64,000 nucleotides of DNA from Thermoplasmata archaeon. Lineage in GTDB: Archaea; Thermoplasmatota; Thermoplasmata; Thermoplasmatales; GCA-001856825. The DNA lies in contig JAGDXO010000022.1 of the NCBI GenBank assembly GCA_023256615.1, forward strand, positions 5,672 through 69,671, read 5' to 3'. The position numbers were made by a program, and so were the translations under genes. Positions 28,679 to 39,375 of the stretch are shown one piece after another. Positions within the stretch are counted from its first letter, which is position 1. The number at the start of each line of letters is the position of its first letter. The notes beneath the pieces were generated by a model. The model searched no databases and was not told the origin of the DNA. It saw only the letters and a list, made by a program, of their open reading frames with translations.

Positions 28679-29956
28679 ATGAGGTCACTAATTGCAGACG
28701 TCAAAGATAAGATTGGAGAAGAAGTTGAAGTATCTGGGTGGGCTCAGAACATAAGGATAGTCGGGTCGCTAGCATTCATAGATCTTAGAGATGTCTCAGG
28801 TAATGTTCAATGCATACTATTCAAAAAGAATAATCCTGATATATTTAATGAGTTGAAGGTATTATCAAGAGAGAGCATTCTAACTATAAAGGGAAAAGCG
28901 GTTAAAAGCCAAGCAAAATTAGGTTATGAAATTCAGATAGACAGCCTTAATATTTTAAACAGGGCCAAGACACCTTTGCCTATAGGAATAATAGATCCTG
29001 TTGAAACTGATCTGGAAACTAGACTAGAAAATAGATTCATAGATTTAAGGAAACCTCAGATTCTATCGATATTTAAGATACAGAGTACTATTGCTAACTC
29101 AATAAGAGATTATTTTTATGAGAATGGTTTCATTGAAATTCATACTCCAAAAATAGTTGCAGCTGCAACCGAGGGAGGTACAGAACTATTCCCAGTCAAA
29201 TATTTTGAAAGGGAAGCCTATCTAAGCCAGAGTCCGCAGCTTTACAAGGAAATAATGATGTCGGCCGGATTTGATAAGGTATTCGAAATAGCCCCTGCAT
29301 TCAGGGCAGAAGAACACAATACTACAAAGCACCTGAATGAATTCACCTCCATTGATATAGAGATGAGCTTTTCGGATGATGAAAAAGTGATGAGTGTACT
29401 GGAAGATATTATCAAGGTTGCATCCAACTCTGTAAACGAGAGAAACAAAAAAGAACTAGAGATATTGAATGTAAATGACCTGAATGTAAATTATAAATTT
29501 AAGAGGATAACATATTCTGATTATATTAAAATGGCAAATGAAAAGGGGATAGAAATAAAGGATGGAGAAGATCTCACTACACCAATTTTCAAGGCAGTTG
29601 GAGGCGGAATGAAGGAATTCTACTTTATAACAAGGTGGCCCAGAAGTTTAAAACCATTCTATGTACAGCCTCATGATGATATATATTCAAAAGGATTTGA
29701 TTTGCAATTTGGAGAAATTGAGATAACAAGCGGTGCACAAAGAGTTCACGATCCTGAAGTATTAATTTCAAATCTGAAGAATAAAGGATTGAATGTAGAT
29801 TCATTCTCATTCTACGTGAAGGCTTTTCAGTATGGAATGCCACCGCATGCTGGATGGGCAATAGGACTAGAAAGATTAACAATGGTTCTTTTAAACCTTG
29901 TTAATATAAGGGAAGCCACCTTGTTTCCAAGAGATAGAACGAGGATAACACCATGA
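28679..29956 (+). CDS. aspS: Aspartyl-tRNA synthetase, archaeal type
   Basis: N-terminal OB fold (VSGWAQNIRIVGSLAFIDLRD) and class IIb motifs (FRAEEHNTTKHLNEF, GLERL). The ATG at 28679 is preferred over the ORF-track start at 28562, which overlaps pdxT. Confidence 0.9.
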   Translation: MRSLIADVKDKIGEEVEVSGWAQNIRIVGSLAFIDLRDVSGNVQCILFKKNNPDIFNELKVLSRESILTIKGKAVKSQAKLGYEIQIDSLNILNRAKTPLPIGIIDPVETDLETRLENRFIDLRKPQILSIFKIQSTIANSIRDYFYENGFIEIHTPKIVAAATEGGTELFPVKYFEREAYLSQSPQLYKEIMMSAGFDKVFEIAPAFRAEEHNTTKHLNEFTSIDIEMSFSDDEKVMSVLEDIIKVASNSVNERNKKELEILNVNDLNVNYKFKRITYSDYIKMANEKGIEIKDGEDLTTPIFKAVGGGMKEFYFITRWPRSLKPFYVQPHDDIYSKGFDLQFGEIEITSGAQRVHDPEVLISNLKNKGLNVDSFSFYVKAFQYGMPPHAGWAIGLERLTMVLLNLVNIREATLFPRDRTRITP

Positions 29957-29984
29957 AATATCCAGTCGAAAAAGGGGGGGCCCT

Positions 29985-31223
29985 ATGTTAAAGGATTACA
30001 TAAATGATGAATTTATTGTGATAAATGAAAATGTGAAAAGGAAAAAACAAATAACAGATCTTTCCTTAAAGTACGGGAAGAGACCAATTCTTCTCAATAA
30101 TTTAGAGGGGAAGACGGGCGTCATAAATCTATGGGCTGACAGAGAAAGAATATATAAAGAATTGAATATGAATAGGGAACAATTTCTCAACAATTACATG
30201 GAGGCAATAAATGGGAATGAAGAACTTAGATTAGGAGATAAGAAATTCAATTTTAAGTCCACAATGGATGATGTACCTGTATGTTGGTTTTATGAAAAGG
30301 ATGCAGGGTACTATTTTACATCAGGAATATTTGTCGCTGAAAAGGATGGCAAAAGGAACCTATCCATCCATAGGGTATTTGTAAGAAATAGCGAGGAAGG
30401 TTTAGTGAGACTTGTACCGAGAGATTTATACAAAATGTATTTGGATTCAATAGAGCATGGAGAGGAGCTAAAGGTATCAATTGTTGTAGGCTCTCCTCTA
30501 GAATATCTTTTGGCTTCAGCAACATCAACAACATTTGAAAAGGATGAAACGCAAATCGCTGCCGAACTTTACAAACTTGCTAAAGGGAAGGACATGCTGT
30601 TCTCAAAGAGCCAAAATAATATTCTCGTTCCATCCGATTCTGATTATGTTATAAATGCAATACTAACGGAAAGGAAGGAGGACGAAGGCCCATTTAAGGA
30701 TATAACCGGGACTTATGACTCACAAAAAAACCAGCCTAAGATAATTTTCCAATCAGTTGAAATCATTAAAGATCCAGTTTACCATGTATTGGTTCCTGCC
30801 ACTTATGAACATTTCAATCTAATGGGTCTCCCAAGAGAACCCACTATATTTAAAGAAATAAAGAAAGAGGGCGTAGATGTCAAGGATGTTAGACTGACAG
30901 AGGGCGGGGCATCGTGGCTTCACGGTGTAGTAAAGATTAAGAAAAAATCAGAAGAAGATTTCAGGAATACTGTAGAGGCGTCTTTCAGAGGGCACAAGAG
31001 CATGAAGAGAGTGATAGTGGTTGACGATGATATAGATATTTATAATGATCAGGATGTGGAATGGGCACTCGCAACAAGATTCCAGGCAGACAGAGGAATA
31101 ATAATCAAAAAGGAGAAAGGGTCATCTCTGGATCCGAGTAGCTATCCTGATAGCATTACATCAAAGATGGGGATGGATGGGACAAAGCCTGTAGGTGGAG
31201 GAGGAAAATTCGAGAGGAATTGA
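29985..31223 (+). CDS. UbiD-family (prenylated-FMN dependent) decarboxylase homolog
   Basis: 412 aa. Layout and conserved stretches are typical of UbiD-like proteins (LSIHRVFV, GSPLEYLLAS, WALATRFQADRG). Confidence 0.7.
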   Translation: MLKDYINDEFIVINENVKRKKQITDLSLKYGKRPILLNNLEGKTGVINLWADRERIYKELNMNREQFLNNYMEAINGNEELRLGDKKFNFKSTMDDVPVCWFYEKDAGYYFTSGIFVAEKDGKRNLSIHRVFVRNSEEGLVRLVPRDLYKMYLDSIEHGEELKVSIVVGSPLEYLLASATSTTFEKDETQIAAELYKLAKGKDMLFSKSQNNILVPSDSDYVINAILTERKEDEGPFKDITGTYDSQKNQPKIIFQSVEIIKDPVYHVLVPATYEHFNLMGLPREPTIFKEIKKEGVDVKDVRLTEGGASWLHGVVKIKKKSEEDFRNTVEASFRGHKSMKRVIVVDDDIDIYNDQDVEWALATRFQADRGIIIKKEKGSSLDPSSYPDSITSKMGMDGTKPVGGGGKFERN

Positions 31224-31226
31224 TTA

Positions 31227-32237
31227 TTAAGCTGTCCTATTTACCATCTTATCAGCGAGCTCTTTCAGTTCATTCCTCTTTTCCTTATCATCGGTTAATT
31301 TGTCTATTGTTGATATAGCCTTATTGTAATAATCGTTGGCGATTTTCCTCGTTTCCTCTAATGCTCCGCACTTTCGTATTATATCTCTTACTTGTTCAAA
31401 ATCCTCGGGAGAAATGTTCTTCTTTCCAATTCTCTCTTTTATAAATTTCACATCACTTTCATTAGCGAGTTTGTAAGTAAGTATTATAAGATGAGTCATT
31501 TTCCCTTCTTCAAAATCGCTTGTTACGGATTTCCCAAGAGTTCTTTCATCCCCAAACATTCCAAGGATATCATCTTGTATCTGGAATGCTATGCCAAGTG
31601 GTATTCCATAATCATTAATGAGGTCTGTATTCTTATAACCACTTAATACACTTCCAATTCTCATGGGACCATTTACAGTGTAGTGGGCAGTCTTCATAAT
31701 ATGGATATTTGTCACATCAGCGAGTGTTACCTGTTCTTTGAAAGGCATCACTATATCCATTAACTGTCCTACTCCAGTGCATTCAACTGTTTCTGACATC
31801 ATCATCATGGCTCGATTTAATCTTTCTTGAGGGAAATTATTTTCAAGGAGTATTTCGTGAGAATATGCATCGGCAAGGTCAGCAGCAACTATTGCTAATC
31901 CTTCATTTACTTTTTTCTCATAGCTAAAAAGTTTGTGGAAAGCAGGCCCTCCCCTTCGTATATCACTTTGATCAATAATATCATCATGTATGAGCAAATA
32001 GGATTGCATTAATTCAAGACTTATCGACGCTTTTATTATTCTTTCATCTATATCGGAATTAAGCCAATAGCCTGTAATCATAAAAAGAGGTCTTATCCTC
32101 TTTCCACCTCTCATTGTAAAATCCTTTAATGCCTTTATAACATCTTTTTCAATCCCTTCTTTCCCTTCTATTTTTCTATCGAAAAAAAATTCTAACTCTT
32201 TATCTACATTGCTCTTATATTGGAATATGGATGACAT
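31227..32237 (-). CDS. idsA: Polyprenyl diphosphate synthase (geranylgeranyl/farnesylgeranyl diphosphate synthase-like)
   Basis: First and second aspartate-rich motifs LIHDDIIDQSDIRRG and FQIQDDILGMFGD. Confidence 0.85.
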   Translation of the reverse strand: MSSIFQYKSNVDKELEFFFDRKIEGKEGIEKDVIKALKDFTMRGGKRIRPLFMITGYWLNSDIDERIIKASISLELMQSYLLIHDDIIDQSDIRRGGPAFHKLFSYEKKVNEGLAIVAADLADAYSHEILLENNFPQERLNRAMMMMSETVECTGVGQLMDIVMPFKEQVTLADVTNIHIMKTAHYTVNGPMRIGSVLSGYKNTDLINDYGIPLGIAFQIQDDILGMFGDERTLGKSVTSDFEEGKMTHLIILTYKLANESDVKFIKERIGKKNISPEDFEQVRDIIRKCGALEETRKIANDYYNKAISTIDKLTDDKEKRNELKELADKMVNRTA

Positions 32238-32458
32238 AAATCAGTATAATAACTCTTTATAAAATAATTGCACATAATGAAAAATTATTTTGAAACTATT
32301 CTCTGAAACATAATAGATTTTCAGGCGGCATTATCATAAAATACTCTTTATCAATCATTAGAAATATATTATAAATTATGGAAATAAACTATTTCTTAAA
32401 TGAAATGATGAAAACATTGGTTAAAGTATTTAAATCCGGTTTTTATTAGGGTAAGTTT

Positions 32459-32950
32459 ATGAATAAAATAAAGGTTGTCAACGATGTAAGTGAACTGGTG
32501 ACGATTTTTACTATATCAAATACAGAAACCAAGAGATCGCTTTTAAAGTTATTGAATGAGAAATGGATGAGCGAGGAGGAAGTAAAGGAAAAACTTGGGA
32601 AGGAGGCAATAGATATACTTCATTATCTTGAGAAAATAAAATTTGTTGAGTCTCAGTGGAGTGCAACACCAAAAGGACCCAAAAAAGTTTATCATAACTA
32701 TTACACATCAATACAGATTAACATACTTATACCCACAGAGGAAACTGCTGACGTCATATATGTAGCTTCATTAAATGATGCTGCCATTGAAGAATTTAGC
32801 AAGAAAATAGAGGAGCTTCTTGAAAATGGAATTCAGTACATAGCAGAGATTCAGGAAAAACTTAATGTGACGTCAACATTTTTGAGAGTAATGATAAAGA
32901 GAAGTAAAACATTGACAATAAAAGGAATGAAGGTGGAGAGAATAAGTTGA
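32459..32950 (+). CDS. Putative winged-helix (ArsR-like) DNA-binding protein
   Basis: N-terminal [25 protein letters not shown] ... [13 protein letters not shown] pattern. 163 aa. Its stop overlaps the next gene. Confidence 0.4.
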   Translation: MNKIKVVNDVSELVTIFTISNTETKRSLLKLLNEKWMSEEEVKEKLGKEAIDILHYLEKIKFVESQWSATPKGPKKVYHNYYTSIQINILIPTEETADVIYVASLNDAAIEEFSKKIEELLENGIQYIAEIQEKLNVTSTFLRVMIKRSKTLTIKGMKVERIS

Positions 32951-32958
32951 TAACAGTA

Positions 32959-33960
32959 ATGAGGATAGGGCATAGGCCTGAAAGGGATAAAAGGATAACA
33001 ACTCATGTGGCTCTAGTGTCAAGGGCATTCGGAGCTGATAGAATAATAGTAGACAAAGAGGACTTAAAATTAAAACAAACAGTAGAAAGGGTAACAGAGA
33101 AGTTCGGTGGCTCATTCAAGATAGAATTTTATCCTTATAGAGATCAGATAAAGAAATTTAAGGGAATTAAAGTGCATCTGACAATGTACGGAATACCAAT
33201 GGAAGAAAAAATAAATGAAATAAGAAAAAGCGAAAATATTATGATAATAGTGGGTGCAGAAAAAGTACCGAGGGAGATATATGAAATGGCGGATTACAAT
33301 ATTTCTGTAAAAAACCAGCCACATTCTGAAGTATCTGCACTTGCAATTTTTTTAGAACATCTCGGAAGACAGAAAGAACTCAGGGGATATCTTAGAATAA
33401 TCCCACAGGAAAGAGGTAAGAAGGTATTGAGAATTCCAGATAAAGAGGAGTGTCTTTCACTACTGAATAAATATGGGGCCGATGAAAAATTAATATCTCA
33501 TTCCATAATGGTTTCAAAAGTAGCATTGGAGATAGGAAAAGGGTGCGGAGCAGATGAAAAAATACTCGAGGCAGGAGCTCTTTTACATGATATAGGAAAG
33601 ACTGTTACAGGTGGAATTTCCCATGGGGCAGAAGGGCACTCAATCCTCCTAAAGGAAGGCTACGATGAAATGATAGCAAGATTCTGCAGCACCCATGTCG
33701 GAGCCGGCCTTCTAAAAAAAACAGCTAAAAAATTCAAATTACCAGATCTTGATTATATCCCTAGGAGCCTGGAAGAGAAAATAGTATGTCATGCAGATAC
33801 ACTTTTAAAGGGTTCAAAGGTAGTTACCTTAGACGAAATAATAAAAGATTATGAAATCAAAGGTCTTAGTAGCGAAATTCCTAGGTTAAAAAGATTGGAT
33901 GATCAGCTCAAAAAGAAATGTGGATATAGGATTGAAGAATTATTGAAATTGAATGAATAA
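32959..33960 (+). CDS. trm56: Fusion: tRNA (cytidine56-2'-O)-methyltransferase (aTrm56, SPOUT) plus C-terminal HD/HDIG phosphohydrolase domain
   Basis: N-terminal [26 protein letters not shown] and [16 protein letters not shown] (aTrm56 pattern). The C-terminal half has [10 protein letters not shown] ... LLHDIGK ... HADTL (HD domain). The ORF track starts at the TTG at 32947. Confidence 0.7.
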   Translation: MRIGHRPERDKRITTHVALVSRAFGADRIIVDKEDLKLKQTVERVTEKFGGSFKIEFYPYRDQIKKFKGIKVHLTMYGIPMEEKINEIRKSENIMIIVGAEKVPREIYEMADYNISVKNQPHSEVSALAIFLEHLGRQKELRGYLRIIPQERGKKVLRIPDKEECLSLLNKYGADEKLISHSIMVSKVALEIGKGCGADEKILEAGALLHDIGKTVTGGISHGAEGHSILLKEGYDEMIARFCSTHVGAGLLKKTAKKFKLPDLDYIPRSLEEKIVCHADTLLKGSKVVTLDEIIKDYEIKGLSSEIPRLKRLDDQLKKKCGYRIEELLKLNE

Positions 33961-34005
33961 ATAATTAATTGATAGAATATTTTAACAAGTCTGCATTAAT
34001 CCCAT

Positions 34006-34863
34006 GTGAGAATAGTTCCAACATATAATTCAGAAGGTCTAGCTTCTAAAATGTCATCAATTATGGAAATCCCATTGGCAAGAGTCACTAGGAGAAGATT
34101 TGCTGATGGTGAACTGTATATAAAGATTGAGGAGGAATTGGACGAATCAATAGTAGTTGGGAGTACATATCCAGATCAGGGTATAATTGATATATTGCTT
34201 ACACACAATGCATTGAAGAACGCTGGATCGAAAAGGCAAATTCTTGTGGTACCATATTTTGGATATGCAAGGCAGGACTCAATGTTCCAACCTTATGAGG
34301 CAATAAGTGCAAAGGTAATATCAGACATTCTCTATGAAAGATTTGAAAAAATTTTTGTCGTAAACATGCACTCACCTGAAGGAATGGCCTTTCTGAAGGA
34401 TAAAGGTATAGAAATAAGGGCAGAGGTCATAATTGGCGAGCAGGTTGCAAAGGATGATAACGATATAGTTGTATCCCCGGATGATGGTTTCATAGACGAA
34501 GCTAGGAACATCAGCAGGGTATCAGGTAAGGAGGCAATAGCTCTGGAAAAGAAGAGAATATCGGACACGAAAGTTCAAATAAGTATTCCAGATGATATAA
34601 AACTTGACGGTAAAAGAATTGCATTAGTGGACGATCTTATATCAACAGGAGGAACAATACTAGAAGCATCAAGAATATTGAAGCAGCATGGGGCATCCAA
34701 AATAAACGTTTACTGTATACATGGCCTGTTCATTTCAGGAACTTCAAAATATTCGGGGTTCGTAGACAGTATCTCTACGACAGACACAATAGAAGGTCCA
34801 TTCTCTAAGATATCGGTATCCAATCTTGTAGCCACGAAGCTGAGGGAATACTTATTTCTTTAA
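34006..34863 (+). CDS. prs: Ribose-phosphate pyrophosphokinase
   Basis: RRFADGELYIKI, VVPYFGYARQD, and the PRPP-binding loop ALVDDLISTGGT. Confidence 0.9.
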   Translation: MRIVPTYNSEGLASKMSSIMEIPLARVTRRRFADGELYIKIEEELDESIVVGSTYPDQGIIDILLTHNALKNAGSKRQILVVPYFGYARQDSMFQPYEAISAKVISDILYERFEKIFVVNMHSPEGMAFLKDKGIEIRAEVIIGEQVAKDDNDIVVSPDDGFIDEARNISRVSGKEAIALEKKRISDTKVQISIPDDIKLDGKRIALVDDLISTGGTILEASRILKQHGASKINVYCIHGLFISGTSKYSGFVDSISTTDTIEGPFSKISVSNLVATKLREYLFL

Positions 34864-36111
34864 CTCTTTTAGCCATTCCCTATCTTTGAAATTCTTATAT
34901 TTATTAATGAGTTCAATTCTTGCCACATTAGGATTTATTCTCAATGCCATGTTCAGAAAATTCTTAGCTCCCATCTCATTGTTTTTCCAGTCAGCAATTA
35001 TACTCTTGACCATCCAGGCAAGCGCATCTTTTTGATTAATGCTGACATATTTGTTTAATTCCTTCTCGGCCTCTTCTGGATTCCTTTCAAGGTTTACTAT
35101 AGCTTCATAAACTTTGAAGTTGGGGAAATCTGATACTATTTTCAGGGCCTCATCATAATCCTTTCCACTTAGGGCAATATAAAAAATGTCCTCATTTGTT
35201 AGCCCTGAATTCTTAGCAAGTTCGATTGCTTCTTTAACCCTTCCATTTCTTACGAGTTGCGGTATTCTCATTTCTGGTGGAAGCTCCTCGATCGGCCTTT
35301 GGGCAAATATTTTTATGTAATCCAATAGTGTGTTTGCCTCAACGTTTTCGGGGTTGTTTTTTAATACTCCATTTAGAATTTCCTCTGCTTCTTGGAAATT
35401 ATTATTGTCAATCATCATCTTTGCCTCTATCGTGGCTATTCTAGGATTATCAGGAAAAGCTGCTTTTGCCTCTCCGAGAAATGATGTCTCTCCCATAGAG
35501 ATGAGTTTAAGATAAACTTCAAGTAATTTTTCCTTATCATTCCCTTTTTTAAGAAATTCCAGGTACCTCAAAAGAGATTCCTTATCTGAGCTGAGAGCAT
35601 AAAATCTCTCATTCACTTCGGGGTCATCCTGTTTTATATTCAAAGCATTCATGTATGCTTTCTTAGCTTCTTCAGTTTTTCCCTCCTGCTCGTAAATTTC
35701 TCCTAGAATTTTCCAGACATCCGGATTATTGGGGTCAATTTTCTTAGCTTCCTCCAAATTTGACTCTGCATATGAAATCTGCAAGTTCCTACTTAGAAGT
35801 AATCTCCCTATAGAAAGCCAAGATTTTGGATTAGTTGGATCCTCTCTTTTGGCCATTTCAAAACTATCAATGGCCTTATCATAATCTTCAAGACTGGCGA
35901 GAGAGTTACCTATATTTATCAGTATCTCCGCAACAGCTTTCTTATCTTTCTCTGGGATAAATTCTTCGGTGGCGTATCTCAGAACCCTTCTATAAAGCAA
36001 TCTTGCCTTCTCTCTTTCCCCTTGCATTTCAAGATTTTTTGCTTCATCTACCACACTTCTTATATTCCTGAGTGTGGGAGACCCCCCTTGACTACCCCTA
36101 AATAAAGGCAA
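34852..36111 (-). CDS. Tetratricopeptide (TPR) repeat protein
   Basis: 419 aa of repeated 34-aa A/Y/L-patterned units (for example AKKAYMNALNIKQDDPE, AIDSFEMAKREDPTNPKSW). Confidence 0.75.
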   Translation of the reverse strand: MPLFRGSQGGSPTLRNIRSVVDEAKNLEMQGEREKARLLYRRVLRYATEEFIPEKDKKAVAEILINIGNSLASLEDYDKAIDSFEMAKREDPTNPKSWLSIGRLLLSRNLQISYAESNLEEAKKIDPNNPDVWKILGEIYEQEGKTEEAKKAYMNALNIKQDDPEVNERFYALSSDKESLLRYLEFLKKGNDKEKLLEVYLKLISMGETSFLGEAKAAFPDNPRIATIEAKMMIDNNNFQEAEEILNGVLKNNPENVEANTLLDYIKIFAQRPIEELPPEMRIPQLVRNGRVKEAIELAKNSGLTNEDIFYIALSGKDYDEALKIVSDFPNFKVYEAIVNLERNPEEAEKELNKYVSINQKDALAWMVKSIIADWKNNEMGAKNFLNMALRINPNVARIELINKYKNFKDREWLKELKK

Positions 36112-36162
36112 ATTGGATCACTCACACCTATATGTTTTTTTAAGCTTATGAACATTACTGTT

Positions 36163-37380
36163 TTACGAATATCTTTTGAGCACCTCAGAAAGCCTCTTTA
36201 CTCCTTCTATGATATTCTCATCACTACTATAAGTGAAATTTAACCTCATTGACTCGTGGTTATCCTCATCAGGATAGAATGCCGAGCCAATAACGTAAGC
36301 AACTTTCATTTCCATTGCTTTGGTGAACAGTTTGTCAGTGTTTGCTCCTTTCTTTGTGACCCAGATGAACATACCACCATTTGGCCTGGTAAATTCAACA
36401 TCCTCAGGAAAATATTTTTCAAATGACTCTATCATAAGGTCTCTTTTGTGCCTATATAGAGATACGATCTTTGGAATCTGTCTTTCCATATATCCCTTCG
36501 TGACGTATCCTTCCGCAATATATTCAGAAATTGTGCTAGATGCCAAATCCAGAGCCTGCTTTGCAAGATTGAGTTTTTCAATGACATCCTTGGATGCGAT
36601 TACGTAACCAAGTCTGAAGCCAGGTGCAAGTACCTTGGAAAAAGTACCCAAGTAAACGACATTCCCTTCCTTGTCCATTGATTTCAATGATGGAATATGC
36701 TCTCCGGAAAAGCGTAAATTTCCATATGGGTCGTCCTCCAATATTATTAAATCATTCTCGCTTGCAATCTCAAGGAGTTCCTTCCTCCTCTCATAACTCA
36801 TTGTTATGCCCGTGGGATTCTGAAAATTTGGAATAACATATATGAATCTTGGATTAGGATATTTTTTCAAGGTTTCTCTCAATTTTTCCATGATCATACC
36901 ATCATGATCCATCGGAACACCGATCATTCTTATATTCGATGCCCTAAGTGCCGTTATAGTGCCGGTATATGTTGGTGCCTCACTAATCACGTATTCACCA
37001 GGGTTTGCGAAAATTTTTCCCAGCATATAGAGAGCTTCCTGCGAGCCCGTTGTCTGGATTATTTCATCAGGGCTGCAATTAATATTTTCCTTTTCTTTCA
37101 TCCTTTTTGCGAGGGCAATATTCAGCGTTTTCAAACCCTCTGTAGCCCCATACTGTAACATCCTTTTTCCGTTAATTTTCAGCTGTTCCTCGAAAATTTC
37201 CCTTACCTCATCTAGTGGGAAAGAATCGGGATTTGGCAACCCTCCACCGAAAGAAATAATATCTGGGGTATCTGTAACTCTCAAAAGCATCCTTATGGCT
37301 GAGGGTTTCATAGTTTCTGCCAAGTCTGAAAATTTCTTATTAAGGGGCTTATTCATAGCCATGGGCCTGAATTTCACCAT
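36163..37380 (-). CDS. PLP-dependent aminotransferase, class I/II (2-aminoadipate/aromatic aminotransferase-like)
   Basis: FQNPTG and the PLP-lysine region GTFSKVLAPGFRLGY. About 400 aa. Confidence 0.8.
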   Translation of the reverse strand: MVKFRPMAMNKPLNKKFSDLAETMKPSAIRMLLRVTDTPDIISFGGGLPNPDSFPLDEVREIFEEQLKINGKRMLQYGATEGLKTLNIALAKRMKEKENINCSPDEIIQTTGSQEALYMLGKIFANPGEYVISEAPTYTGTITALRASNIRMIGVPMDHDGMIMEKLRETLKKYPNPRFIYVIPNFQNPTGITMSYERRKELLEIASENDLIILEDDPYGNLRFSGEHIPSLKSMDKEGNVVYLGTFSKVLAPGFRLGYVIASKDVIEKLNLAKQALDLASSTISEYIAEGYVTKGYMERQIPKIVSLYRHKRDLMIESFEKYFPEDVEFTRPNGGMFIWVTKKGANTDKLFTKAMEMKVAYVIGSAFYPDEDNHESMRLNFTYSSDENIIEGVKRLSEVLKRYS

Positions 37381-37402
37381 TATGTAAAAAGGTTTTGTAA
37401 TG

Positions 37403-38566
37403 TCAGGGCATTTTTATGTCTCCTAGAATGTTTAAAATATCCCCTAAATTTAAGAATTTCCTGCCATTTACTATTTCAGATATCATAGTTGAAATTTTTA
37501 AAATATGCTCTTTCGATAAACCCATCATCGTCACCTCATTTAGTCCCACTCTTCCTATCCTATCGATAAGTATGTTGTTCTTTTCCAATTGCATCGAAAT
37601 TCTTGCTACCTCTGGATGGTTAATCATCATCATGCAACTTTCTGTGAACTGAGGAGGATTATAAATTGAAACTCCACTCTCTACAAGCCCTTTCAAAAGT
37701 AATTGTGTATTTTGAATGCATTTTTTCGCATATTCAAAATTTTTTAGGAATTCCAGCGATATACCCAATGCGGCTATCCTTCCTAGATGAAAATTATCAT
37801 AATATTTCCAGATTGAGTTCCTTTTGACATTTTCCTCAAGATCCTTCCTACCCAAAATCAAACCCCCCTGGGGGCCAGGGAAATTTTTATGAGTACTCCC
37901 ATATAAAACATCAATCAAAGACAAGTTCTTCTGAAATTCTCCCTGCATTATCAGTCCCAAGATGTGAGAAGCATCATAAAGTATATAAGAATCAGGGAAC
38001 ATTTCCCTCACAATCTTTAAATCATATGGGTGGAAGAATATACTTGCACCCAATATTATTGCAGAATAATCTTTTCCATATTTTCCTAATTTCTGATAAT
38101 CAATCTTCCAGTTTAACATCGGTATTTTCTCTGATTTAAGATGTAGAAGAGATGGGATATACTGTTGCATATATCCATCATATCCTCCCCACTCTTCGGG
38201 TATATAAAGAAATTTTTCGCCTTCCTTTAAAATATTGCCTAATACCTGCAATGCCGCAATGTGTCCAGATATAGGTCTCACATCAGAGAAACCAAACTCA
38301 GTTCCAGAGATCGCCAGTTTCTCAACTGTTTCAACTAGTTCCTCCGAGAACTCAGTGCCAGCATACGCATTATGAACTCTAATACCACGATAATCTGAAT
38401 CCATAACCAATGAATATCGGTGATTGAAGTCAGATGATAGGGCCTCAAGGGCTTTTCTCGGCATTATATTTTCTGACGGTTGAAGAGGAATAACATTTTT
38501 TCTAAAAGAAATCTGTTTCCCTATCAAACTCTCTATCGTATACATAAAGGAATTAGTAATATTCAC
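37403..38566 (-). CDS. glyA: Serine hydroxymethyltransferase family protein (divergent)
   Basis: SHMT signature region GSTHKNFPGPQGG (PLP lysine) and N-terminal LQPSEN. 387 aa, shorter than typical GlyA. Confidence 0.7.
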   Translation of the reverse strand: MNITNSFMYTIESLIGKQISFRKNVIPLQPSENIMPRKALEALSSDFNHRYSLVMDSDYRGIRVHNAYAGTEFSEELVETVEKLAISGTEFGFSDVRPISGHIAALQVLGNILKEGEKFLYIPEEWGGYDGYMQQYIPSLLHLKSEKIPMLNWKIDYQKLGKYGKDYSAIILGASIFFHPYDLKIVREMFPDSYILYDASHILGLIMQGEFQKNLSLIDVLYGSTHKNFPGPQGGLILGRKDLEENVKRNSIWKYYDNFHLGRIAALGISLEFLKNFEYAKKCIQNTQLLLKGLVESGVSIYNPPQFTESCMMMINHPEVARISMQLEKNNILIDRIGRVGLNEVTMMGLSKEHILKISTMISEIVNGRKFLNLGDILNILGDIKMP

Positions 38567-38568
38567 TA

Positions 38569-39375
38569 TTATTCCTTTTCTATGTGAAGATCAAAAACCA
38601 TATGATTTGTTGATGGAGAATAACTCTTGACAATCCTTGATTTTACTCCCCTTACAGATCGCAAATTTACAAGATAATTATTAATGGTTTCATCACCTCT
38701 CTTGACGAGGGCGTGCAGGTGAATTATTCCCGTATTCTTTAAAATTGACAATCCCTTGTTCAAATAAATTAAAGAATCGAAATGCCCCATAATAACTCTG
38801 TCCGCAACTCCCTCTAATGGGAAAAAACTCGAATCGCCAAAATAAGGGATGAGCGTTTCAGATTTGTTTATCATTTTATTTATTATTAAGAAATGATAAG
38901 AATCTGGATTTATCTCACAGGCATAAATCTTTTTAACCCTGGAGGAAAGCGGAATTGAATAGTATCCTATTCCCGCAAACATATCAACTACAATTTCATC
39001 ATTCTTAACTTCATCCAAAAGACGGTGCCTTTCATATTTATTTCCCTTTGAAAACATAACTTTTGAAGGGTTTAATCGGAATAAAATTCCATTCTCAATA
39101 TGGGTTACATCCGTATTTATTCCATATATTAATTTTGCCTCTGGGACTCTCATCTGACCTTTTATTTCAACAAGTTCGTAAAATGACCATAATTTGAATT
39201 TAGTAACATACGACTTAGCTATGCTGTATTTCATGTATTCTGGGAAATCTATTAAACTCATTATTATAGATTTTCCAATTATCTCAAATCTTCTGGGAAG
39301 TCTATCTTTTGGGATACCAGTTTCCTCTGATATAGCCTCAATTATGTCCCTTTTCTGCATTTCTAAACCCTCCAA
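38569..39375 (-). CDS. trm5: tRNA (guanine37-N1)-methyltransferase Trm5/Taw22-like class I SAM methyltransferase
   Basis: VVDMFAGIGYYSIPL SAM-binding motif and the Trm5-type layout. Confidence 0.75.
   Translation of the reverse strand: MEGLEMQKRDIIEAISEETGIPKDRLPRRFEIIGKSIIMSLIDFPEYMKYSIAKSYVTKFKLWSFYELVEIKGQMRVPEAKLIYGINTDVTHIENGILFRLNPSKVMFSKGNKYERHRLLDEVKNDEIVVDMFAGIGYYSIPLSSRVKKIYACEINPDSYHFLIINKMINKSETLIPYFGDSSFFPLEGVADRVIMGHFDSLIYLNKGLSILKNTGIIHLHALVKRGDETINNYLVNLRSVRGVKSRIVKSYSPSTNHMVFDLHIEKE

Noticed and set aside
32238-32458. C-box-like AATGATGAAAAC in the 220-bp divergent intergenic region
   Set aside because: No CUGA D/D' boxes at the required ~12-nt spacing and no terminal stem. 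It is most likely just AT-rich promoter DNA.
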